A stretch of DNA of 58,454 bases, from the NCBI GenBank assembly GCA_021734405.1, contig JAIPJA010000003.1:1-58454 (forward strand). The letters run 5' to 3'. Positions 25,846-35,324 of the stretch are shown here, one piece after another. Position 1 is the first letter of the stretch, and each line of letters starts with the position of its first letter. Position numbers and translations under genes: made by a program. This DNA is from Minisyncoccota bacterium (GTDB taxonomy: Bacteria; Patescibacteriota; Patescibacteriia; Patescibacteriales; UBA12465). The notes under the pieces were generated by a model. It did no database searches, was not told the origin of the DNA, and was given only the letters and a program-made list of their open reading frames with translations.

Positions 25846-26655
25846 TTATTTAAATAAAGTTATATAAAAAAAACGAAACAATCTAAGCAAATAAAGACTT
25901 AAAAGTCCATAATATTTTTTAAAATAATAATCTTGCGACTGATAATAATACTTTTTTCTTAGCTTATCTTTATTTTTAAGACTCAAGCCTCTCTGATGTA
26001 TTACAGACAAGCTAAGCGGGCAAACTGCTAATATATATCCTAATTTTCTTAATTTCTTAGCTAAATCAATATCCTCAAAATACATAAAAAAGTTTTTATC
26101 AAAACCTTCAACCGAAAAAAAAGCTGACTTTTTAATAATTAAAGCTGCTCCGCTAAGCCAATCCACTTCTGTTATTAATTTAGAATTCAAATCATTTTCA
26201 CTGATATTCTTTTTACCGCGTTGAAAAAAAATACTAAATAAATTAGGAAAATCTCCAAAAAACCTAGGCTCTAATTTTCCTTTTTCATCCTTTATTACTG
26301 GAGAAAGAGCAACTAAGTTTAAACTTTCCTTAACCTTAAATATCTCCTCTACCTTAGTTAAGATGTTTTCAGTTAAATAAGCATCGCTGTTTAAGAAAAA
26401 TAAATACTTACCTCTAGCCAGGGAAGCGCCTTGGTTACAAGCTTTAGAAAAACCAAGATTAGAAGAGTTAAAAACAAAATTAACTTGATTATAAAAATTA
26501 TGTTTTAGCATGTTTTGACTTCCATCTTGAGAGTTATTATCAATAACAATTACCTCTATTTGATCACTAGAGCAAAACTTTACAACTGAAAGCAAGCATC
26601 TTCTAAGCGCTTCTTTAGTGTTATAATTTACAATAATAAAAGAAAAGGTTGTCAT
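25846..26655 (-). CDS. family-2 glycosyltransferase
   Basis: FSFIIVNYNTKE...VIVIDNNSQDGS...LNSDA, typical of GT2/GT-A enzymes. Confidence 0.8.
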   Translation of the reverse strand: MTTFSFIIVNYNTKEALRRCLLSVVKFCSSDQIEVIVIDNNSQDGSQNMLKHNFYNQVNFVFNSSNLGFSKACNQGASLARGKYLFFLNSDAYLTENILTKVEEIFKVKESLNLVALSPVIKDEKGKLEPRFFGDFPNLFSIFFQRGKKNISENDLNSKLITEVDWLSGAALIIKKSAFFSVEGFDKNFFMYFEDIDLAKKLRKLGYILAVCPLSLSVIHQRGLSLKNKDKLRKKYYYQSQDYYFKKYYGLLSLYLLRLFRFFYITLFK

Positions 26656-26658
26656 AAA

Positions 26659-28902
26659 TTAATTAGAACTTAAAAGTTTTTTTAAACTTAAAGCTGGCTC
26701 ATATTCAGGATCTAAGACCAAAGCCCTCTCTAAACTTTGCTGGGCTAGATCTTTATCGCCTTGCAACTCGTATAAAGAGGCAAGCGCTGTAGGCCAAGCA
26801 GGGTCATCACTATAATTCTCTTGCCCTTCTAAATTATACTCTATAGCCATATCATAGTCGTCTAAAGCAAAATAACTATCAGCTATTTTTTTTAAAGTCT
26901 GAGGATGAGATTTTAATGTATAGGCTTGCTTAAAAAGCTCTATGGCCTGAAAATAATTACCTTGAAGAAACTCTGTTTCTCCTAAATCTCTATATATTAA
27001 ACTGTTATAGGTAATGAGTTGAGGCTTATGAGATATAGCCATCTTAGAATTAGATAAGTTTGGTAAACGATCTAAAGCTAATAAATAATAATCTTTAGCT
27101 AGATCATATTTAGCTATGTTTTTGTAAAATCTAGCTATTTCTAAATAAGGCTGATAATAATTAGGAGCGATATCTATAGTTTGGAAATAAAAATATTCAC
27201 TTTTGTCATAATCTTTTACTGCTTGATAAATATAAGCTTTAGCTAAATAGTTTCTATATCCCGGACCAAGCTTTGAAGCTATTTCTTTTAATTTAAGCTC
27301 TAATTCTCTAAACACTGGCAAACGATTTTCTATAAAAACATAAGAAATTTGCTGGGCAAAATCCCTGTGATATTTAGGCAAGTCTTTTAAATTAACAGCA
27401 TATTCATATAACAACATGGAGGCTGGATATTCATGTTTTTGAAGCTGACTTAAGCTACTTCTAAAATAATGATCAGCTGATAGTCGGTTTACCTGAAAAT
27501 AGAGACAAAAAATCAACAGAAAAAAAGCTAATAAAACCATTAAAGCTTTTATATATACATTTAAGCGAAAGAAAAAATTATCTTTAAGCACTTCTCTCCC
27601 CAAATCACTATCTTTTTTTTGAGCCCACCAGACGGCTATAAATCCTGCCAAACCCCAGAGATAAACTTGACTAGTTATGGTCTCAAAAGTAAATTGCAAA
27701 GCTACTAAAACTCCTAAAATCCCCCAGGCAAAAAAGGTGGCAGGAGAAAAATATTTTCTATCTTTATCCAAAAAATATACCTGCTGAAATAACTTATAAA
27801 CCCATAAAACAAAAAATATTAAACCTAAAGCTCCGCCAACAACCAAATAGTCTAAAAAAACATTGTGCGCTCTATCCATATAAATATTTAATTTCTCATA
27901 CAAAGCCCACTTTTTGTTCAAATCACTTCTAAAGAGATTGTCTTGGTGCTCTAAACCATGACCTAAAATAGGTTTATCTATAAATTTACTACCAGCAGCT
28001 TGAAAATGAAGCCAACGCACGGAAACAGCTGGACCAGAAAAGAAATTATTAAGTCTATCTTTAAGCATAGAGTTTGAGCTTAAAAAAGCTAAAAAGGCTA
28101 AAATTATTAGCCCCCCTAATAGAATTTTTTTAGGTTTAAAAATATTTTTCTTTTTAGCTAACCACCATAAAAAAGCTATAAAAATCAAAAGAAAGGCTAG
28201 CCAGGAGCCACGTGAAAAACTAAGCACTAAAGCTAATAAATTTAAAAGTAGAGCTAAGCCAATAAAAATTGAATTAACTTTAGATCGACTTTTAAAGATT
28301 AAATAAAAATAAGTTGGCCAAGATAACAATAAAAAAAGACCCAAGTAATTAGGTTGCCCTAAAGTAGAAAAAGCCCTATAACCTTCAGCACTTTCTTTCC
28401 AGCTCATAAAGTCAAAGCCAAAAAATTGAGAAACAGCATATATACTTACCAGCAAAGAGCTTAAAGCTATGGTTAAAAATATTTCTTTGGCTTTAATTAA
28501 ATTTTTATTTTGATAAATATTAAAGCTAATTAAAACTAACCATAAAAATAAAGCCAAATAAAAATCCAAGCCAGCCAATCTTTCGTAAGAACCTTGCCAA
28601 GAGTGGAAGAAGTTAACTGATAATAAACTGCTAAGAGATAAAGCTAACAAAAGTAAGCCTGGCCAAAGCCAAGTTTTTAAAAGCGAACGAGAAATTTTAA
28701 TATTTTTTAAAAAAAGTAAATGTAAAAAAGTAGAGAACACAAGAAGTCCAGTTAATGTAAAAAAAATAACTGACTTAGGTAAAATAAAATTGTTATACAA
28801 AAAATAAGCTGGATCAAAAACCAAAGGCACTAAGAAAAAAATTGCTAAAATACTAAATTTTAACAACAAAGAAACTAAGCGTAAAGGGTTAAAATTAAAC
28901 AT
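26659..28902 (-). CDS. O-antigen-ligase-like (Wzy_C) polytopic membrane protein with a C-terminal TPR domain
   Basis: At least 10 TM helices, SFSRGSWLAF and DRAHNVFLDYLVVGG motifs, and about 280 aa of TPR-like repeats at the C-terminus. Confidence 0.75.
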   Translation of the reverse strand: MFNFNPLRLVSLLLKFSILAIFFLVPLVFDPAYFLYNNFILPKSVIFFTLTGLLVFSTFLHLLFLKNIKISRSLLKTWLWPGLLLLALSLSSLLSVNFFHSWQGSYERLAGLDFYLALFLWLVLISFNIYQNKNLIKAKEIFLTIALSSLLVSIYAVSQFFGFDFMSWKESAEGYRAFSTLGQPNYLGLFLLLSWPTYFYLIFKSRSKVNSIFIGLALLLNLLALVLSFSRGSWLAFLLIFIAFLWWLAKKKNIFKPKKILLGGLIILAFLAFLSSNSMLKDRLNNFFSGPAVSVRWLHFQAAGSKFIDKPILGHGLEHQDNLFRSDLNKKWALYEKLNIYMDRAHNVFLDYLVVGGALGLIFFVLWVYKLFQQVYFLDKDRKYFSPATFFAWGILGVLVALQFTFETITSQVYLWGLAGFIAVWWAQKKDSDLGREVLKDNFFFRLNVYIKALMVLLAFFLLIFCLYFQVNRLSADHYFRSSLSQLQKHEYPASMLLYEYAVNLKDLPKYHRDFAQQISYVFIENRLPVFRELELKLKEIASKLGPGYRNYLAKAYIYQAVKDYDKSEYFYFQTIDIAPNYYQPYLEIARFYKNIAKYDLAKDYYLLALDRLPNLSNSKMAISHKPQLITYNSLIYRDLGETEFLQGNYFQAIELFKQAYTLKSHPQTLKKIADSYFALDDYDMAIEYNLEGQENYSDDPAWPTALASLYELQGDKDLAQQSLERALVLDPEYEPALSLKKLLSSN

Positions 28903-28942
28903 AAAATAAAGACTATGTTTTTATTATAACAGCTACTTACAT

Positions 28943-28966
28943 AAAAAAACAGCCCTTTCCGGACTG
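28943..28966 (-). terminator. intrinsic terminator after secF
   Basis: Minus-strand CAGUCC-GGAAA-GGGCUG followed by U7. Confidence 0.6.
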
Positions 28967-28991
28967 ATTTTTTTATGAAATGAAGTAAAAA

Positions 28992-29897
28992 CTATTTCTT
29001 TTTGCCCAGCTTCTCCCAAACCACTAACAAAGGACTAGCTAAGAAAATAGAGCTATAAGTTCCTATAAAAATACCGATAGCTAAAGCTAAAATAAACTCT
29101 TGAATATTAGCCCCTCCCCAAATTAAAATTGCTATCAAAACTAAAAGGGTGGTTAAAGAAGTATTTATAGACCTGGTAATAGTTTGATTAACACTCTTGT
29201 TAACGGTATTAGAAAAATTGTCATTACTTTGAGGCAAATTTTCTCTAATTCTATCAAAAACTATAATAGTATCATTAACACTATAACCTATAACAGTTAA
29301 AATCGCGGCCACAAAAGGAGTATTAATTTCTAAATTCATTAAATAACCTAAAAGAGCAAATACTCCCAAAGTAATTAGAACGTCATGAAACAAAGCAATA
29401 ATAGCAGTAATGCCATATTTCCAAGAAGATACTGGCTTAGAAACTTTTTTGAAAACTAGAGCAATATACAAAACTATAATAATTAAAACTAAAATAACAG
29501 CGTTTAAGGATTTGCTTTTTAACTCCTCTCCTATAGACGGACCAACTGAATCAAAACGTAGTTCCTCAACACTAGCTTCTAAATTATCACCCGCTAAAGT
29601 GCTTAAAGAGTTCATAATCTCTTTATGAATATTTTCATTATCATCTTTAAATTTTAATATATAGCTGTTATTTTCAGTTGGTTGCACGCTCAAACTAGAA
29701 AGGTTAAGACTTGAAACCTGCTCCTTAATTTCTAAAGTATTAGTTTCAAAGTTATTAAACTGTACTTCCAGCAAACTACCTCCGGTAAAATCAAGTCCAA
29801 AGTTAAGTCCCCATAAAGATAAAAACGCAATAGCCGTTGCCACTAATAACCCGGAAAAGCTAAGCCAAATTTTACGATTTGAAATAATTTTATACAT
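28992..29897 (-). CDS. secF: protein translocase subunit SecF
   Basis: 301 aa with 6 TM helices and conserved GYSVNDTIIVFDRIRE. Confidence 0.93.
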   Translation of the reverse strand: MYKIISNRKIWLSFSGLLVATAIAFLSLWGLNFGLDFTGGSLLEVQFNNFETNTLEIKEQVSSLNLSSLSVQPTENNSYILKFKDDNENIHKEIMNSLSTLAGDNLEASVEELRFDSVGPSIGEELKSKSLNAVILVLIIIVLYIALVFKKVSKPVSSWKYGITAIIALFHDVLITLGVFALLGYLMNLEINTPFVAAILTVIGYSVNDTIIVFDRIRENLPQSNDNFSNTVNKSVNQTITRSINTSLTTLLVLIAILIWGGANIQEFILALAIGIFIGTYSSIFLASPLLVVWEKLGKKK

Positions 29898-29901
29898 ATT
29901 C

Positions 29902-31548
29902 TTACTTATTAATTTTATTTCTAACCCCCATTAAACACAAAACCTTGCTGGCTTTTTTGCCACTAGCAAGAAGCATTAGGGTTCTAGTGATTACAATCGC
30001 ACTAAACATTGAAACGGAAATACCAATAAATAAAGTAGTGCCAAAACCTTGAACAGAGCCGGTAGCAAAAAACATTAAAACTAAACAAATAAATATAGTG
30101 GAGATATTACCATCTCTAATAGATGGCCAAGCTCTTCTAAAGCCTTCTTCAATAGACTGCTTTAAACTCTTTCCGCTTCTTAACTCTTCTTTGAATCTTT
30201 CGAAAATAAGCACATTAGCATCTACAGCCATACCAATTGAAAGGATAAAACCAGCTAGCCCTGATAAAGTTAAAGTAACTGGCTTTAGAGCGTACACAAA
30301 CAAGAAAATACCTATGGTAATAAGTAAAACTGACAGAATGCTATCAAAAACTTTAAGATCATGAAAGGTATAAATCATTAAACCAACAATAATAACCACC
30401 ATTAGCAGAGCTAAAATTATTGGCATGGCTTTAAAGATAGCTAAAACTGTAAGCCCGTAAACACTCAGTGATAAAACTGCCCACAGCCCTGGCAATCTAT
30501 AATATACAATTAAGAAAATAGCTACTAACAGTAACCCTAGAAGTCCGGCTTTTAAACTACTATTTATAGACTGAGCGCCTAAACTAGCGCCAACTGTTTT
30601 TTGACTAACTAATTCTATAGGCACAGGCAAAGCTCCAGCATTTAATCTTTGTACTAATAGCTTAGCCTCCTCCATAGTAAATCTACCGTTTATAACCGCT
30701 TGTCCGCCGGTAATCTTTTCATTAACTGTAGGCGCACTTATAACATACCCATCTAGGAAAATAGCCAAAGGTTTACCTACGTTTCTAGCTGTTATTTCAG
30801 CAAATAAATCAGAGCCCTCTGAATCAAACTCTAAAGACACCTGAGGACTATTATCATTAGGATCAAATTGTATAGTGGCTCTTTTCAAGTTTTTTCCACT
30901 TAATTTAGTATTAGTCCAATTTTCCTCAAAATCAGAACTACTTTCATCTAAGTCTATCACCGCTGTAGCAGTAGAAGTTCCATCTTCACTGTTTATGGTA
31001 ATTTCAGGAGCCTCCATCTCTGTACTGGTAGCCATTTCTTCTAAAACTGGATTTTCTCCATCATTAGTTATAGCTTTTATTTCTTTAAACTCTAACAAGG
31101 GAGTTTCTCCTATCATGGAAATAGCTTCATCTACATCTTTAATTCCAGCTAACTCCACTATTAAGCGATAATCTCCTCCAGAAGTGTGATTAACTTGAAT
31201 TACAGGCTCACTTACGCCAAAAACATTAACCCTTCTTTCTACCACGTCTCTTACACCATTTAAAGCTTCTAAACGATTACCTTCTTTTATAGAAGAAACA
31301 TCAGCTTGATAAACTAAATGGGTTCCTCCTTGCAAATCAAGTCCCAATCTAAAGGGCAACTCAGCCACTTTAGGCAAATTAATAGACTGATTAGTTTTTT
31401 CTGACAGCCAGGAGCTAGCTTGATTATAATAATTTCCACCAGCAATTAAAAAAGACATAGCTGCAAAAATTATTATTAAAATAAAAATCCATCTTATCCT
31501 TCCTAGAGCAGATGGTTTAAAAATTTTGCTCCAAATAGAATTACTCAT
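29902..31548 (-). CDS. secD: protein translocase subunit SecD
   Basis: 548 aa with LGLDLQGG, a large periplasmic-type loop and GMAVDANVLIFERFKEE. Confidence 0.93.
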   Translation of the reverse strand: MSNSIWSKIFKPSALGRIRWIFILIIIFAAMSFLIAGGNYYNQASSWLSEKTNQSINLPKVAELPFRLGLDLQGGTHLVYQADVSSIKEGNRLEALNGVRDVVERRVNVFGVSEPVIQVNHTSGGDYRLIVELAGIKDVDEAISMIGETPLLEFKEIKAITNDGENPVLEEMATSTEMEAPEITINSEDGTSTATAVIDLDESSSDFEENWTNTKLSGKNLKRATIQFDPNDNSPQVSLEFDSEGSDLFAEITARNVGKPLAIFLDGYVISAPTVNEKITGGQAVINGRFTMEEAKLLVQRLNAGALPVPIELVSQKTVGASLGAQSINSSLKAGLLGLLLVAIFLIVYYRLPGLWAVLSLSVYGLTVLAIFKAMPIILALLMVVIIVGLMIYTFHDLKVFDSILSVLLITIGIFLFVYALKPVTLTLSGLAGFILSIGMAVDANVLIFERFKEELRSGKSLKQSIEEGFRRAWPSIRDGNISTIFICLVLMFFATGSVQGFGTTLFIGISVSMFSAIVITRTLMLLASGKKASKVLCLMGVRNKINK

Positions 31549-31586
31549 ACTTCAAAATTAGACAAAATATTATTATTGTTCTTGTT

Positions 31587-31608
31587 ATCTTAAATCAATC
31601 TTAAATCA
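31587..31608. repeat. tandem direct repeat, 2 x 11 nt (ATCTTAAATCA)
   Basis: Exact duplication in the divergent secD/clpP intergenic region, 40-60 nt upstream of the secD start. Confidence 0.6.
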
Positions 31609-31674
31609 ATTAAGTATAAAAATCAAGAGCCAAAAGACTGCTTTAATTAAAAATTATCTAATAATAGCTTATAA

Positions 31675-31703
31675 TTGACAAAAAAGCTAATCACAATTAT
31701 AAT
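31675..31703 (+). promoter_or_regulatory. consensus sigma-70-type promoter of clpP
   Basis: TTGACA (31675-31680), a 17-nt spacer, then TATAAT (31698-31703). It lies 27 nt upstream of the clpP ATG. Confidence 0.7.
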
Positions 31704-31730
31704 AGCTATATTAATAATAAACAAAAAAAT

Positions 31731-32309
31731 ATGCCTTTAATACCAACAGTTATTGAAAAAGAGGGACATGTAGAAAGAGCTTATGATATTTACTCCCGCC
31801 TTCTAAAAGACAGAATTGTTTTCTTGGGCGAAGCCATAAATGACCATGTCGCTAATATTATTATCGCTCAGTTTCTTTTTTTAGACGCTGAGAATAAGGG
31901 GAAAGACATTAAATTCTATATTAACTCTCCTGGTGGCTCAGTTAGCTCTGGCTTAGCCATTTATGACACTATGCAATATATCAGCTCACCAGTAACCACT
32001 ATTTGTCTAGGCATGGCCGCTTCTATGGCCTCAACCTTGTTAGCTTCAGGGGAAAAAGGCAGAAGATTGGCTCTACCAAATAGCGAGGTCATGATTCATC
32101 AAGTAATGGGTGGCGCTGAAGGTCAGGCTAGTGATATTAAAATAAGGGCAGAACATATATTAAAAATTAGAGATAGAATGAATAAGTTGTTAGCTAAACA
32201 TACTGGGCAAAAATTAAACATTATAGAAAGAGATACAGACAGAGATTATTATATGAGCGCTTCTGAAGCTAAAGCTTATGGTATAATTGATAAAATAATT
32301 ACTAAATAA
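31731..32309 (+). CDS. clpP: ATP-dependent Clp protease proteolytic subunit
   Basis: [19 protein letters not shown], catalytic GMAASMAS Ser, and IHQ His. Confidence 0.97.
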   Translation: MPLIPTVIEKEGHVERAYDIYSRLLKDRIVFLGEAINDHVANIIIAQFLFLDAENKGKDIKFYINSPGGSVSSGLAIYDTMQYISSPVTTICLGMAASMASTLLASGEKGRRLALPNSEVMIHQVMGGAEGQASDIKIRAEHILKIRDRMNKLLAKHTGQKLNIIERDTDRDYYMSASEAKAYGIIDKIITK

Positions 32310-32367
32310 AGACATTTATATTAAAGCTTAAATTACCAACCATTTTTGTCAATTAAACCCCGAATAT

Positions 32368-32398
32368 AAAAAAATACCGCTCACCAGCGGTATTTTTT
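32368..32398. terminator. bidirectional intrinsic terminator between clpP and the surface-protein block
   Basis: A-run, TACCGCT-CACC-AGCGGTA, then T6. Confidence 0.8.
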
Positions 32399-32459
32399 GT
32401 ATATAAACTTAAATTACAATTTAACTATATATAGAGATCTCTAAGACTTTTAATAAAAA

Positions 32460-33623
32460 TTATTCTAACCAAAAAGAATCAGCGCAATAGGAAAAAACAT
32501 TAGGATAAGCTGGTTGCATAGCTAAGCTCACGTAAGAAATAATATATATTCTTTGCTGTATGTTGTCAGTTAAATAGATATATAAGCCATCTGGAGAAAA
32601 TACTAATTCTCTACTTTCATCAGAGTAATATTGATTTACTGGTAGCTCCTCTAGCTCAAATTCTTTTTCATACCAAGCTTTTATATCCAGACCTTCTACA
32701 TTAGGTTCAACTGATATCTGAAAAAATCCTTCATTAGTTGGGTCAATAAACATAACTGAGCTCTTATCTTCTGTCTCCTGAACTTCAAAGGCTTCAGGGT
32801 ACAACATTGAATAATTATAAACTTCATTACTATAATCTGCTAAATTATAAGCATTTAAAACTTTAGCTACAGAATCTAAACTTCCCTCCCCTAGAGGATT
32901 ATAAAGGTTAGAAAACTCCACAAAATCACTATAGCTATCACCATCAGTATCTACATTTTCACTATCTGTATTTAAAATTGCTTCTTCTAAATCAGTCAGT
33001 CCATCACCATCTAAATCACTAACTACTATAATTGGAGTGCTGGTTGGAACTTCATCTACAGGCTCGGTGCTAGTAGGCGATTCTATATCATTGTCAGTGC
33101 TAGTGGCTAAATCACCAGGTTCAGGGGAAATATCTGTGCTAGTAGGAGCTTCAAGCTCTTCAAGAATAACTTCCTCTTCAACTTCTATTTCTTCTTCAGG
33201 TGTTACATCTTCCAGCTCTTTATTATCAGAAACAATTTCCTTATTATTTTGCTCTATTGGTTTATTTTCTCTAACTATATTTTGACTATCTTGATTACTA
33301 TTATCAGAGTTAAAAACGTAAGCATAAACAAAATAACCTAAAACTGCTAAGACTAAAACTCCCACGGAAATTATAATCAAGCCCACTTTTTTATGAGAGC
33401 CGCCACCAGAAGAAGTCTTAGAACCACCAGAGTCTAAGTCATTGGGGTGCACAGAACTATTAAACTGACCTGACCTAAAACCACTAGGCATACTATGAAT
33501 TTTAAAGCCAGACTCTATATTCTCTGATAATTTTTGCATTGACTTCTCTTTTTCCAAACTAGAAATCTGTCCAATTTTAACTTTCTCTAAATTATTATCA
33601 GTTTGTAAATCTTTTTCCTCCAT
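32460..33623 (-). CDS. TM-anchored protein with an acidic linker, TSP3-like Ca-binding repeats and a C-terminal globular domain
   Basis: TM helix VGLIIISVGVLVLAVLGYFVYAYVF. Repeats DLDGDGLTDLEE and DTDGDSYSDFVE fit DxDxDGxxDxxE. Confidence 0.8.
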   Translation of the reverse strand: MEEKDLQTDNNLEKVKIGQISSLEKEKSMQKLSENIESGFKIHSMPSGFRSGQFNSSVHPNDLDSGGSKTSSGGGSHKKVGLIIISVGVLVLAVLGYFVYAYVFNSDNSNQDSQNIVRENKPIEQNNKEIVSDNKELEDVTPEEEIEVEEEVILEELEAPTSTDISPEPGDLATSTDNDIESPTSTEPVDEVPTSTPIIVVSDLDGDGLTDLEEAILNTDSENVDTDGDSYSDFVEFSNLYNPLGEGSLDSVAKVLNAYNLADYSNEVYNYSMLYPEAFEVQETEDKSSVMFIDPTNEGFFQISVEPNVEGLDIKAWYEKEFELEELPVNQYYSDESRELVFSPDGLYIYLTDNIQQRIYIISYVSLAMQPAYPNVFSYCADSFWLE

Positions 33624-33636
33624 AAATTATTATTAA

Positions 33637-34389
33637 TTAAAGCAAACCATCCCCTAAAGGATTATAACCATTTTTTACTTCTTCACCATCTAAGTAGCTA
33701 TCGCCATCTGAATCATCATTTAAAGGATCAGTGTTATATATATTTACTTCATCACCATCATTTAACCCATCACCGTCAGTGTCAGGGTTATTAGGGTTGG
33801 TATTGTATAAGCCTAACTCCTGAGCAGTAGAAAGACCGTCACTATCAGGATCTTGATTAGCAAACTCTGGTTCCGGTTCTTCTATTGGCGCTTCCGGCTC
33901 TATTACTACTGGCTCTTCATCTTCTATCTCTGGAACTTCTGGCTCTTCTTCGACTATAACTTCTTCAGGCTCTTCCTCTTCTACTTCTATACTTGGCTCT
34001 ATGTCATTATTGTTATCTTCTTCTAAATCTGGATTTTTATTCTCTAAGTTATTGTTAGCAACTTGACCAGCAGGATTATTTTCTACAACTTCATCAGCTT
34101 TTAATAGATTGTTATACATATAATAAACACCAAAACCAAGCACGGCTACTATCACCACAATAATAACTCCCATTCTTAGCTTTTTAGCTCCAGAACTTAC
34201 AGGTTCCCTGTAAGGGCGATATTTATCAGTAGAAAAAGAATTTTCCTTACTTTTCATTCTCTCTAATTGTTCTTTAGGTATACTTGGAGGAATGGGTTGA
34301 CCACTATCTTCAAACTTATCAGTTTCTTGAAAGATATCCTCTGTATTATTACCTCCTTCTTGAGATTTTTTCTCTAAATCATCAAACAT
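33637..34389 (-). CDS. TM-anchored protein with an E/P-rich linker and C-terminal TSP3-like Ca-binding repeats
   Basis: TM helix MGVIIVVIVAVLGFGVYYMY. Repeats DPDSDGLSTAQE, DTDGDGLNDGDE and DSDGDSYLDGEE. Confidence 0.8.
   Translation of the reverse strand: MFDDLEKKSQEGGNNTEDIFQETDKFEDSGQPIPPSIPKEQLERMKSKENSFSTDKYRPYREPVSSGAKKLRMGVIIVVIVAVLGFGVYYMYNNLLKADEVVENNPAGQVANNNLENKNPDLEEDNNNDIEPSIEVEEEEPEEVIVEEEPEVPEIEDEEPVVIEPEAPIEEPEPEFANQDPDSDGLSTAQELGLYNTNPNNPDTDGDGLNDGDEVNIYNTDPLNDDSDGDSYLDGEEVKNGYNPLGDGLL
33767..33809. repeat. DNA-level repeat copy A (encodes YNTNPNNPDTDGDG)
   Basis: CCATCACCGTCAGTGTCAGGGTTATTAGGGTTGGTATTGTATA is roughly 85% identical to 34524-34566. Confidence 0.7.
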
Positions 34390-34474
34390 AAAATACTATT
34401 TAATAATTATTGCTTATTATATCATTTAATTTACAGCTTAACAAAAAACATCTAAAAAATTAAAATGAATTAAT

Positions 34475-35314
34475 TTAACTTAAAGGGTCATAACCATTTT
34501 CTACCTCTTCTCCGTCTAAATAGCCATCACCATCAGTGTCAGGATTGTTAGGATTAGTATTATATATTTCATTTTCTTCCTTGTCGGTCAAGCCATCGCC
34601 ATCGGAGTCTAAATTTTCATTATCATTTATAAATATACCTATAGCTGAATTGCATTCTTGTTGCATTTCACCAGAAATAGATGAACAATCTTTATTTTTA
34701 ACCGCTAAATCAAAAATAATACTAGAAACACATTGATCTTTTGCTTTTCCTGATAGCGCATCACAAACAACTATATCTTCATAATCATTTTCATCAACAA
34801 AATATCCTATACAACTAGCTAAATAATATTCACTTTTTATATTTTGACACTGAGACAGTTCACCTAAGCTAATAGCCTTAAGTCTTATAACCTTATCTTT
34901 ACATTCTGAAACCCTATCCCTGCCAACAACATTATCACAAATTTCTTCATTTTCTGTATCCCTAGCAATTCTCTCTAAGCATAAGTCGGCACTAAAACTA
35001 TCCTCCATTTGCTGACAATAACTAATATCTTGTGTATCTTTAGCCTGATCATATAAATTATTTATTTTTTCAATCTTAAGTTGCTTTTCACTTTTTTCTG
35101 GTTGCGTATTGTCTTTTTGTATATCTGTGCTAGAAGCTGTATTTTCTTGTTTTTCTGATTCTTTTGAAACATCTTCACCTGATATATCATTATTACTTAC
35201 AGAAGAATTGACATCTTTATTATTGGAAAAAATGTTTTTATTAAAAATAAAAAACAAAGTCAAAGCTACTATAATTAATACAATAGAAATTAAAATGATT
35301 CTTTTTTTGTTCAT
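34475..35314 (-). CDS. N-terminally anchored protein with a paired-Cys helical region and C-terminal TSP3-like repeats
   Basis: Signal anchor RIILISIVLIIVALTLFFIF. Repeats DSDGDGLTDKEE and DTDGDGYLDGEE. Confidence 0.8.
   Translation of the reverse strand: MNKKRIILISIVLIIVALTLFFIFNKNIFSNNKDVNSSVSNNDISGEDVSKESEKQENTASSTDIQKDNTQPEKSEKQLKIEKINNLYDQAKDTQDISYCQQMEDSFSADLCLERIARDTENEEICDNVVGRDRVSECKDKVIRLKAISLGELSQCQNIKSEYYLASCIGYFVDENDYEDIVVCDALSGKAKDQCVSSIIFDLAVKNKDCSSISGEMQQECNSAIGIFINDNENLDSDGDGLTDKEENEIYNTNPNNPDTDGDGYLDGEEVENGYDPLS
34524..34566. repeat. DNA-level repeat copy B (encodes YNTNPNNPDTDGDG)
   Basis: CCATCACCATCAGTGTCAGGATTGTTAGGATTAGTATTATATA matches 33767-33809. Confidence 0.7.
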
Positions 35315-35324
35315 ATATAAATTA

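Noticed and set aside
31587-31608. Tandem 11-mer, considered as a CRISPR or iteron array
   Set aside because: There are only two contiguous copies, no spacers and no further copies nearby. I kept it as a minor repeat feature.
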